Part shown: positions 50,196 through 61,422 of the stretch, piece after piece
Layout of the letters: each line of letters starts with the position of its first letter
Position numbering within the stretch: the stretch's first letter is position 1
Assembly: GCF_018350175.1 (NCBI RefSeq)
Contig: NC_058368.1
Coordinates: 2,790,001-2,854,000 of the forward strand
DNA: 64,000 nt
Reading direction: 5' to 3'
Source: Felis catus
Lineage: Eukaryota
Position numbers and translations under genes: made by a program
The notes under the pieces: model-generated
What the model was told of the DNA's origin: nothing
Database searches by the model: none
The model's input: the letters and a program-made list of their open reading frames with translations, nothing else

Positions 50196-53136
50196 TACAT
50201 CAGAAATCTGCACTTGAAGGTATTGGTAGAGTGCCACTGGCCCCATCACACCAGGAACAGAATGGGATCAGAACACTTCTGGGCTTGCTGTTTGTGGACT
50301 CCACGCTCTGTGGTTTGGCTAGGACTGTCTCCCCCCTCGCCCCCCCCCCCCCCGGACTAACCTTTCATTGTGAGCAACCGAGTTGTATAGCACACCTGTG
50401 GGAAGGGGCTTCACCAGGCAGCTTCCCATGCCCGTGGTATTTCCCTGTGTGGTCCCATCAGAAAGGAAGCAAGATGGTTTTTGAAGGAAGAAACTGTTTT
50501 GATTGGTGGAAATGTGGAGAATGAGACTTTAGCCACAGAGAGAAGCACGTGTAAAAAACATGTGGTGGTTAATGAGATTAAAGATAAAATATAGGCTGGG
50601 AAGGAATTAAAGACTGTGGAAGACCATCCCTGGCTCTCCAAGAGAGAGGACTTCCTCCCGAGGGCAACAGAAAGCCACTGAAGGACAAGTCCTTCACTGA
50701 CGGTCACAGGCAGTCTTTACAAGTTGTGTCAGATGATGTGTCTGGTGAGACCATTCTAGCTGCCGTTGGATAAGTCCACGTTATGACTCTGAACTTAAAA
50801 AGTTCAGCCACGTAAAGTTTTGACTACAGTTTGTTCCTTTCAGAGACAATATGTGAAAAATTCTCAGCATCGCAAGTCCATTTTTATTTTATTTAATATT
50901 TGTGGGCAAACAGATATCTGAAGTGAATGATTAATTCAGGGCCGATTTTATTTGGCCCCTAATTGCAATGTCCAACGCTCTGACTTCTGAGTGAACTCTG
51001 GGTGGGGTGGGGAGGGACCAACCATTCAAACCCAGGTGACCGCCCAGTCATGTACCTGTGGAGTTTCAACTTCATATGCTCAGAACTTGGTGTTAGCGTT
51101 TAGCATGAAGGGAACGATTGTGAAATTTTGTACCGGGACTTTCTAATCTTTAGCTGTTGGTGGGAAACACATTGTGGACTCTCTGAACAATGGGAGAGGA
51201 TGTCAAATGTTCTTTGCCAATTGCGAAGCTCAATGCTGCTGATCGTATGTATGGAAGGGTCGCGGGTGACTATGTGTGTATCCGTGTGTGTTTGTGGGTT
51301 CGGTCCTATACGCTCATTTGAGACTTCTCAGGGCAGGTTATTTGTTAAGCACACAACCCATAAAGTAAATTTCAAGCCTTACATAGTAAGCCAGCTTAGA
51401 CATTGACAACTTAGGTCTTGGTTTGCTACAGAAATGGGAAAATGGGTACTTTGGGAAGAACTTCCATTTGGTCAGGACGGTGTCAATGAAATTTTACAGT
51501 CAGGAGCAGAATTCTTGGGGCTGCCTTGGAGCAGGCAGTAGGGCTTGAAGAAAGACATTCCCCTTATCACCTGAAATCTGTGGAGTACGTCCTTCCTCGG
51601 TTGTAGGGGAAGTCAGCTCTCCCTGTCGTGGGGGTGGCGGGGCAGCCTCAGGCTGAACGCTTGATGTGAACTTGAACGCAGCACTGAGCACGCACCCAGC
51701 CTTTGGACATTACATGTCTGGTGCATTTGGGCCTGCTTGTTTCTGTAATGAAAAAAACATGCTGCTTCTCATGGATAATAACTTTTGACTTCCTGGACAG
51801 CTCTTTTGTTTTGTTTACTTTAGCATAAAGTATTCCACCCTTTAAAAATATTACTCTCTCTTTTATCTGTTTTATAGTATTAAAAATACACCGACGTGTT
51901 TATATTTAAAAATGGGAAATGTCAAAAACATTTTTATAGCATCTTTCTTTTAATCTTTGTTTAAAAGGCTGGCGGGGAGGTAGAATAGCTTCTAGGTTAT
52001 GTTCAATTTTGTCCATATCTGGGAGGGCTCGATTAAGGATTCCAAGCCTTTTGTGTTGGACAGATGTTCAGGATAAAAATAAAAGGCATATCATGGCTCT
52101 CTGACGGTAGTGGTTTGCAGTATATGTCAATACAATATTAGAATCGCTAGGATTGCAATTCTTTTGCTAATGATATTTCGTTGTTTTTAATAACATTAAA
52201 CTCTTTGAACGATGTTGTGTTCTAATATATATTTCATTTTTGGCTTTTGCTGTTTGGAATGTAACTGGCAATGCTATATTCCAACGTCCTTGTTAAGGAC
52301 CCCGAGACCCTTCTGGATCTTTACGAAGACGGTTGAGTCATAGGCAAACAGAACACACTCCAGAGGCTCCGAGAAGTGCTTGAATGAGTTCAATCCCCCC
52401 TTTCTGTGCCAAATGATGAAAATATGGACACATGTCCCGCAGTGTGGTGATATGGACAAGAAATGCCACTAGCTGTGGGTAACTTCAGGATGCTGCTGAC
52501 GTTGCAACGACCATATGAAAGGCTCTCAGTTGTTGACAGTGTCGACAGAGAAATACCAGAAAGAGAAGAATTCTACCTTTAAAGGAATCCGTTTGTTTTC
52601 ATTTGGAGGTGACGAACTGAGCACTTCAGGGAGTAAACTTTGCACAGAAATTGGTTATGCTTCATGGTTTTGTGTATGGGGGGGAAGCAATTTTGGTAAT
52701 CGTTCTGTCTCTTCATTCTAGACTTATTCTCTCAAAGAAGCGTATTAAGTAAGGTAAAAACCTATGATACAACGCCACGAATGCTAAAGCGACTGAAACA
52801 AAATAATAGCACATTATTAATTTATTGCAATTTTGCATATTGAGAGCCACTTAATCAACCAGAATCACAGAGATATGCCTGCGAAACAGTCAAGCGAATA
52901 TTATGGAAAGATCTAATTATCTGCTGCTGAAGTTACCTCATGAATGTGTCACCCCACGGATTTGTACATTTCTAAAAAGTTGAACACAACAAAGACATAG
53001 AAATAATCTTGGCTGCTGTGCTACTTCCCTAGACTGGAAAACTCTTCAAGGATAGAGGACATCTCTTCATTTCTGTGTCTCCATTTCCTTGTTCAAGACC
53101 AGAGTACAGATAATAAATGTCATTTGAATGGAGGCA

Positions 53137-53473
53137 GAGTTGACTATTGAATAACATGGGGGTGAGGGGTGCCAACCCCCTCACCCAGTCAGAAATCTGT
53201 GTGACCCTCTTGACTCCCCCAAAACTTAACTAAAGTCTGCTCTTGACCAGAAGCCTCACCGATAACGTGGGCAGTTGATCAGCACGTTTTTGATAAGTTA
53301 TATGTATTATATACCGTATTCTAACAATGAAGTAAGCTAGAGAAAAGAAAATGTTATTAAGAAAATCATAAGGAAGAGAAAATACACTTACAGAACTCTA
53401 CTGTATTTATTAAAAGAATCTGCATATCCGTGGACGCATACAATCGAAACCTGTATTGTTCAAGATTCAACTG
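53137..53473. mobile_element. Tigger2a-type (MER28) TcMar-Tigger element
   Basis: TIRs 'agttgactattgaataaca' and 'tattgttcaagattcaactg' followed by TA; internal 'gtaagctagagaaaagaaaatgttattaagaaaatcataaggaagagaaaata'. Confidence 0.95.
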
Positions 53474-55035
53474 TATTTGAATTTACTTTGTTTCCTTATT
53501 CATATCATTTTCTCCTGTGCTGGAAAAGTCCCCCAAGTGTCATCCTGGTGCTTGAGGATCGTGTTCCGGTATAATTTCTCCCTTCAGGGTGATTTTTTTC
53601 TATAAAGCTTCCCACTGAAGTTCCTTTTACCTGTGATGTTTATTATACTAAGAATGATGGAGAAATGGCTCCTGTGGCTCTCCATCCAAACACATCTCCT
53701 TTTGTATTTGCATTTTCCTTCTCTAATTTGGTTTGCCTTCAAAACTGAGAGGTTGCAGTAGTTCTGAATTGCATGGACAATAACAAGGGCATTATTTGTG
53801 TTTACTACTTAATTGTCCCCCAAACAACCCTGTTGTGCATAATAGGCTGTCCTGTCTATCTCTATAAACTATTCCCAAAGCAAATTAGGAACCATCGCTC
53901 TGTCCAGAGCTCAGAAATAGACTGAATTACTCTAACACTCACTATTCCAACCCTATATCCCTGTGCTCACCCTTAGTAACCTCTGTCTCCTCTCTCATTA
54001 TGGCTGCCGAGGATGCGGGCAAGTGGGGAAAGTTGGGGGTCACCTAGGTCTCACTTCTTGTGTGTGCTTTCTACAGGGTCTGTGACTATGATGTTGTGCG
54101 GTATAACTGATGGGCTAGGCAAGGCAACACCCGCTTCAACTCTTCCCTAAGCCAGGTAGGTCATACTGACCGGATGTCCCAAATCCCATCTACTCGCACC
54201 CCAGTTGATTAAGATATTTTTCAGCCCGTAGAATCCTACTAATATTCACACTGTTAAAGTCACCCAGCTCTTGGAGTGCGCACTAACACGTGAACTGAAG
54301 AGCAAGTGAAAAGAACATTCATTAGGATTCAAAACAAATACCTTCATGCCAGCCAGATTTCTGAACTGACACATTCTCTAACAATGTTCAAAATTGTGGG
54401 ATGTTTTAAAACCAGTTTAAAAAGGTCTACCTTTTAAGTCCATGGCTTGCAGTGTTGAATAACCTCACAAATGAGAAAACGCACAACAGTGGAACATCAA
54501 AGCCAACGCTGTCCATTTATCATGATAGGTTAGGCAGTCACCACACAAGTATGCTTCTCCCCTGATGCCCGTTGTGAATGATGGACGTCTAACTGCAGTG
54601 GAGATCAGAACAGCCACCTCTTAGCTGGAGGCAACAGCTTAGAAGACTAAGAATCAGATTTGGTAAACTGTGACTTTGGAACAGCCTGTTCAAATACCGA
54701 TAACTTGGACTCGGGTTTGTGAGGGGACAAGTTAGCACCCATGAATGCACAGAAAGTGTCTTTCATGCTGTAGGTGTATTTCATGTTTCTAAGTCCTCCG
54801 TAATCTACAGATCTCACTTGCTCCTTACAAAGGTGGCGCTGCTCAACCTCTTTTAAGACTGACTGGTTAAAAAATGGTTTAAATCACTAGACACTCTTCA
54901 TTGCTGCATACTTGACTGAGTCAGCTATGGTAATCTTTTTTTCTTTTTTTTGCTTTTATTTTAGGGACTGTCACATCATCATGTCTAATTCCTTCTTCAT
55001 TATTTCAACTTGATGACCATATCACGAGGGCAATT

Positions 55036-55086
55036 CTTTTTTTTTTATTTTTAAAAAAAATTTTAAAAATTGAATGTTTATTTTTG

Positions 55087-55129
<43 letters not shown>

Positions 55130-55299
55130 CAGAGTATGAGCGGGGGAGGGGCAGAGAGAGGGAGACACAGAATCCAAAGAAGGCTCCAGGCTCTGAGCTG
55201 TCAGCATGGAGCCCGACGTGGGACTCGAACCCACGAACCGTGAGATTATGACCTGAGCCGAAACCAGACGCTCAACCGACTGAGCTACCCGGGCACCCC
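55036..55299 (-). mobile_element. Can-SINE
   Basis: Long T tail, (GA)n and full body. Confidence 0.97.
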
Positions 55300-55519
55300 T
55301 GTTTTCCTGTATTTTTTTTTGAAGTCTTTCTCTCTCTCTCTGTATATATAAATGTATGTAAATACATTTTAGTCCCTCTTGGGATTGGGTTGAGAGAAAA
55401 AGTTTTCTTTCAAGGGACAGGTATTCTAATTTAATACTATATTTTACTGACATTAAGTCGTTATCAATATTATGACATAATAGCATTTGGGGCATGACGG
55501 AGAACTTCCGCCCACTAAA

Positions 55520-55598
55520 TTATGATACTCTATGATCATAAGATACACTCTAATTGCAGAGATGTTAATATACATATATTTTAGAATTGATAAAATAT
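55520..55598. mobile_element. MER104/Kanga-like TcMar relic
   Basis: 'gatcataagatacactctaattgcagagatgttaata...ttttagaattgataaaata' resembles the MER104 terminus. Confidence 0.45.
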
Positions 55599-56568
55599 TA
55601 AAGAAATCCAGTTTTATAAAGACTCAGAAAACAAAGGAGGAGGGAGCATTGGCCAACTAAGTTTGTGAGGATAACCCCAAGAGCAAACCCTGAAAATATT
55701 ATGAGATGAAATTTTGGACCATGTTTGTCATGCAGAAGCAGAAATAGAGAAATTCTTAACCACATATTAGTAAATGAAGCAGCACCATAAAAAAGGAATA
55801 GTACATAATGACCAAGGGGCATTTATCTCAGCACTGCAAGACTCGTTTAACATTTAAAATTAACCAACATAATTTACCACATTAAAAAGAAAAGAAAAAT
55901 GCATGTGATAAATATACAAAATACATGTGACCAAATCTAACACCCATTTGTGACTACAAAACAAACATTTGGCAAATCAGGGAAATTAGAAAAGTTCCTC
56001 AATTTCATAAAGTGTATCCATAATAATCCCACAGTAAACATTGCATTGCGTGGTGAAATATTGGATGATTTCTCCCTCGGAATTGAAACCTGACAAGTAT
56101 GCTTGAATTTATCATTCCTACTCAACATTGGACTGGAATTTCAAGCCAGGGTAAATAGCAATAAAATAAGAAAAAAGCATGAAGTTGGGAGAAGTAAAAA
56201 AGTTATTGTTTGCCAGTGACATGATTGAAGGTTAAAAAACCTTGAGGGATCTACCAAAAATTTAGTGCAATTAATAAATAAAATAAACAAGGCCATGGCA
56301 TACAAAAGTAATTGTATTCTATACACCAGCGATGAGCAGTTAGAAAATGAAATTAAAAGTATGTTATTTGTAATAGCAGCACAATGATTAAATTCCTATA
56401 AATAAAAATAATAAAAGTGGTTAAATTCTCTCCATTAAAAATTATAAAACATTTCTGAGAGAAGTTGAAAAACACCTAAGTAAATGAAGGATATACCATG
56501 TTTATGGATAGAAAGACTAAATATTGTTAAAATATCCATACTCCTCAAAATAGCTATAGATTAAATGC

Positions 56569-56695
56569 AATTTCTATAAAATTCCTGTAATTTTTATAAA
56601 ATTTTATAAAATTTAGGATTTCTATTGTATAAAAAATTCTATAAAATTCTATAAATATTGTATAAAGTTCCTATAAGTCTATACAATTCCTACAG
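56569..56695. repeat. Degenerate AT-rich tandem repeat (unit about aattctataa) inside the L1
   Basis: Repeated tctataaa/tttataaa/tgtataaa units. Confidence 0.75.
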
Positions 56696-57184
56696 GTTTC
56701 AGGGTTTTTTTTTTTGTTTTGTTTTGTTAAAAATGATAATCTGATTCTAATATTCATGTGGCAGTTCAGAGGATTTAGACTAGCCAAAACAATGCTGCAA
56801 AGGAAGAATCAAGTTAAGGGAGTTATACTTCCCAGTTTCAAGAACATTCTAGAGAGCTACAAGAGCTAAGTCAAAAGACTACAGAGATATCATAGACAAA
56901 TTCACCTATGGAACAGAATGGAAAGACTAGAATCAGAGCCAAATGGATATGGTGAATTAACTTTTGACAAAGATACCAAAGCACTTCAATGTTTGCGATG
57001 CATATATGTGACAAAGGTTCGTATCCAGAAGATATAAAGATTCTTACAAGTCAATGATAAAAAAAAATAAGCCAACAAAAATGGGCAAGAGATTTAAAAA
57101 AGACACTACATGAGAGAGCTGAATGGCCAGTAAGCACATGGTAATGTGCTCAGTGTCACTAGTCATAAGGGAAATGCAAATTAA

Positions 57185-57407
57185 TTTTTTTTTAATTTTT
57201 TTAACCTTTATTTATTTTTTTGAGACAGAGAGAGACAGAGCATGAACGGGGGAGGGTCAGAGAGAGAGGGAGACACAGAATCCGAAACAGGCTCCAGGCT
57301 CTGAGCTGTCGGCACAGAGCCCGACACGGGGCTTGAACTCACAGACCCTGAGATCATGACCTGAGCCAAAGTCGGACACTCAACCGACTGAGCCACCCAG
57401 GCGCCCC
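57185..57407 (-). mobile_element. Can-SINE with perfect TSD
   Basis: TSD aatgcaaattaa at 57173-57184 and 57408-57419. Confidence 0.98.
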
Positions 57408-58279
57408 AATGCAAATTAAATTGTAATGAGATACCGCTTTCTACATGAGAAGGGCCAAAATCGAATCACGTGGGCAAAATCAAAGCTGGCAAAAATATGA
57501 ATCACCCAGAACCTTGTACATTGCTGGTTGGGTGGTGAAATGGTGTGAGCACTTTGGAAAACTAGCACTTTCTCACCAAAAAAAGCATCTTCCACATGCC
57601 ATGTGACTCAGCAATGTCACTTCTGGGTACTTACCCAAGAGAAATAAAGACACACGCCCACAACAAGTCTTCACGAGAACGTTCATAGCAACCTTATTCA
57701 TAAAATCTTTAAGCTGGAAAAAGCCTAAATGTTCATCCAGTTGAGAATGGGTTATCAAATTGTGTGGTACCCACACGGTGCACACTATTCAGGAAGGAAA
57801 GGAAAAATGACTGATGCATTCAATGGTGTGAATGAGTTTGAAGACTGTTTTGTTGAGAAGAAAGTGTTAAAAGTAAAGAGACCCACTGATTCCATTTATC
57901 TGAAGTTCAAGAAGAGGCATAGCAACTGTCTGCTTCTGAGGGAAGGACTGACTAGAAATGGGCATGAGGGAGTTTCCAGAGTGATGAAAGTGTTCTGTGC
58001 CTTGATTTGATGGGTGTCGACACTCTTGACGATCATTGACGCATCCATTGAGTATGTGTGCCCTTTATTTTAAGGAAACTCTACCTCGCTGTATATATTA
58101 TGTCTCAATTTTTCTATGTCTGTATGTGTGTATCATCTATCTATAATTATGTAATCTACTTATCCATATTTATATATGTAGACCAGTTCTGATAAAAAAG
58201 AATTAATGAAATAGAGTATATTTTGAGAGATTTCTAAATGCTATTGACCTATAATCCATGCTATCATATGGTGGATGAT

Positions 58280-58722
58280 AGCAAGCATTTTGGCAGGAGG
58301 CAGACCTCAGTAGAAGTCTCTCTCTGACTACTTATTTTTTTTTTATAATTAAAAAAAAACATTTAGAGGCAGTGAGAGAGAGATTGAGCAGGGGAGAGGG
58401 GCAGAGGAAGAGAGAGAGAGAGAATCTCAAGCAGGCTCCACGCTCCACGCAAAGCGTGATTTGGGGATCAAACCCGCCACCCTGGGATCATGACCTAAGT
58501 GGAAACCAAGAGCGGGACGTTCAACCAACCGAGCCACCCAGGTGCCCCCTCCTCTCTGACTACTTATTAGCTGTTTTCTTCAGGAAGTTACATAAGCTCT
58601 TTCAATCGTGGCTTTGTCATTCACAGATGGGAGTATTAATTGCCCACCTTTCAGGGTTGATGTGAGAAGGAGGCAAGAAAATGCACGTGAGGACAGTGCT
58701 GGGCATATGCTGATCATACTCC
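58280..58722 (+). mobile_element. MIR split by a Can-SINE
   Basis: 'ggcagacctcagtagaagtctc' [SINE] 'agctgttttcttcaggaagttacataagctc...cacctttcagggttgatgtgagaa...acagtgctgggcata'. Confidence 0.7.
58337..58551 (-). mobile_element. Can-SINE with 17-bp TSD
   Basis: TSD ctctctgactacttatt at 58320-58336 and 58552-58568. Confidence 0.96.
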
Positions 58723-59318
58723 ACACACAGTGGTTGTGATAGAAGTGGCCTGGGAGTGGCACTTTCAGCAACTGCCGTCTTGTGTGTGTCGCTTCTGCCT
58801 GGAATACTCTGATCCTTCCCCTTTCTTAATCTTCTGCGAATTTTTTACTCATTCAATTGAAATTCAAATATCCTTTCTTCTACTTGACCTTCACATTACC
58901 TGGTCATTTCAGGCTCAGGTCCTATTGCACACTCAGATTTTGCACACTTTTTAGACCACAGATCTCACTGTCTGTCTCACCCGTGTTTTTCCATTAGGTG
59001 GGAGCAACTGAAGTTTAGGGATCATTGCATCTCTCAGCTCAGCGCGTTGCTCATTTCTGGAGAAATGCAATGCATTTTTGTGAAATTGAATTGAATTAAG
59101 AAATCTAACGCGTGCTTCCTGGTATCCCCTGAACCACTGTGGCTGTCTAGGGTTTTCGAATGTCACCTAAGCTGTTTCATTTCTAAGTAAGAGTCCCTGT
59201 CCAATTACAATTCATCATGTATATGGGAATGAGAGCCCTGGTTCACTAACAGATGCAATTGTCTTCTCCAAGCACTCGTATTGTTATAAAATGTCACATA
59301 ATATTATAATAATTCTTT

Positions 59319-59556
59319 TTTTAAATTTTAATATTTTATTTTTTAATGTTTATTTATTTTTGAGAGAGAGAGAGAGAGAGAGAGAGAATTAGCAGGGGAG
59401 GGGCAGAGAGGGAGACACAGAATCCAAAGCAGGCTCCAGGCTCCAGGCTCCAAGCTGACAGTAGAGAGACCGATGCGGAGCCCGAACCCATGAACCATGA
59501 GATCATGACCTGAGATGAAGTCAGACGCTCAACTGACTGTGCCACTCAGGTGCCCC
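59319..59556 (-). mobile_element. Can-SINE (left member of tandem pair)
   Basis: Full body with an internal (aggctcc)x3 expansion. Confidence 0.96.
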
Positions 59557-59786
59557 ATTTGTTTTTTTAATTTTAAAACTGTTTTTATTTATTTTGGAGA
59601 GAAAAAGACAGAGAGATCGAGAGTGAGTGGGGGAGGGGCAGAGAGAGAGGGAGACAGAATCTGAAGCAGGCTCCAGGCTCTGAGCTGACAGCAGAGAGCT
59701 GGATGTGGGGTTCGAACTGGTGAACCACGAGATCATGACCTGAGCTGAAGTCGGACGCTTAACCCACTGAGCCACCCAGGCTTCCC
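59557..59786 (-). mobile_element. Can-SINE (right member of tandem pair)
   Basis: Full body; the pair is flanked by one TSD taatatt(a/g)taataattcttt at 59299-59318 and 59787-59806. Confidence 0.96.
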
Positions 59787-61366
59787 TAATATTGTAATAA
59801 TTCTTTAATTAATCGTCCATTCTCTTTTCCTCAGTGCGAAATAGGCAAATTCCTTTCAAGGATATATTTTACTATATATTGTAGGAAAGGTAAAGCTTTG
59901 GGTCATTTCTGACACCTTCTATATTTAAATTTGTAAAAGATGTTATTATAAGGTACAATAAGTCCTTCAAGAATTCTTCTAAAAGGTGAATTCAATATTC
60001 AATATTCAATATTGAGCACTACACTCAATAAGGCAGAACTCCCAACGTGAGAAAAAGTTTTCAACAGGGTCGAGTCCTTGAGGGACTTTTGCTTGGTTCT
60101 CGGTGGCTAGATAATTGTTCTCAGGACAATTAGGACAACAGGACTTCCTGATGGTGAGGTTTGTCCCCTTTCTTCATTCTTCCTTCTGACCATAAAGTCT
60201 CACACATTCCCTCCAAAGCAATTCCCTTATTTTGTCAAGAAAACAAGCATGTCCTTGTTTTCCGTCTCTGTTTCCTCTACAGCACCTGTGCCTCATCGCC
60301 ACCCAAGTATGTGCTGAATACATGAATCACAAGAAGAAAAACTGCCCTGCCTTTTGTCAGAGAAGAGCGTGGCCGGAGTAGCTGAGAGTGTCCACGTTAC
60401 GTCACGTTGGATTTTTTCGTAGCCATGATCTGATGCCGCGTGCTTTACCGTATTTTTCTCCAAGGAGTTGAGAGTAAAGATTTCACCGTCGAATGTTCTT
60501 CCTAATATCCTCCAAAGAAAGAAGGAGAGGAAGACATCATTTTACGTATTGTAGATGGAGAAAGCAAGAGAGTGGGCGAAGGAACCGATGAATGGCCACC
60601 AGACACGTGGCGTGAACAGGCTGAGGGTTGCACAGAATTTCTGGAAGAGTGCCCAAAATGCTCTGTAGGGGCGTGAAATTTTCGTGATCTCTTACTTCTA
60701 GGCCAATTTCATAGAAATGGGATTGGAGATGATGCGTTCATCCTGAAAATTAAGTATATGGATTTTAACATTAGGATAAGTCCATATCATCTCTCTGCAG
60801 AGTCACGTCCCTGTCTTGTCCACCGTGCCCCAAGTAAGAAAGTCAACTGAAAGTTGACTGCAAGTCAACTCCACATAAGAAGCCAGACTGAGCCTGGTGG
60901 AACTGGCACACAAACACTTCACAAACGTCCTGAAGACCCTGAGGCCTCTCCTGGTTTGACTGAGAACCGAGAACTGTTTCCAAGATGGCCTTGTAAAATT
61001 CTTTTGAACCTTGGCCTTTTCTTTGCTGGAGCGGAGCTTCCCTCCCCCTGGGAATGGCATCAGTGAGATGATGTGATCCTCATGCTCTAGGTTGCGCTGC
61101 TCTGGGAATTTCTTACCCATGTAACTCAGATGACCGGCTTTTTCTTGGCCACCGCATGAGCCGGGTTATGTGAAGCCTGGTGTGTCAGGGTCACCGGGAG
61201 AGGCGAGCGGGGAGCCTTTAGAAACGGCGACCGTGACCCCGCTGTGAGGATTCAGCAGGAGAGGATGAACATTTAACTGTTATTTCACAAGCACAGGAGG
61301 CCCCGGACGTGGAGCCAGAGAGAGTTAGTGACCCTGTGCCAAGGTCACCACAGCCTAGGGGATTCC

Positions 61367-61422
61367 GGGCTTTTATTTCAGGTCTTTATTTCCGGGTGCT
61401 GGGCTTTTATTTCAGGTCTTTA
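61367..61422. repeat. 22-bp perfect direct repeat
   Basis: gggcttttatttcaggtcttta at 61367-61388 and 61401-61422. Confidence 0.95.

Larger units (their letters stand above)
55600..58090 (+). mobile_element. Old L1M ORF2-3'UTR relic, decayed
   Basis: 'ggatataccatgtttatggatagaaagactaaatattgttaaaat', 'ttttgacaaagataccaaagca', 'ctgggtacttacccaagagaaataaa', 'gttcatagcaaccttattcata'. Confidence 0.92.

Noticed and set aside
54826..54841. CTCF-like motif aggtggcgctg (similar at about 9160)
   Set aside because: The 5' CC half of the core motif is missing
55600..58090. L1 ORF2 as a coding sequence
   Set aside because: Many stops, indels and insertions; a dead relic
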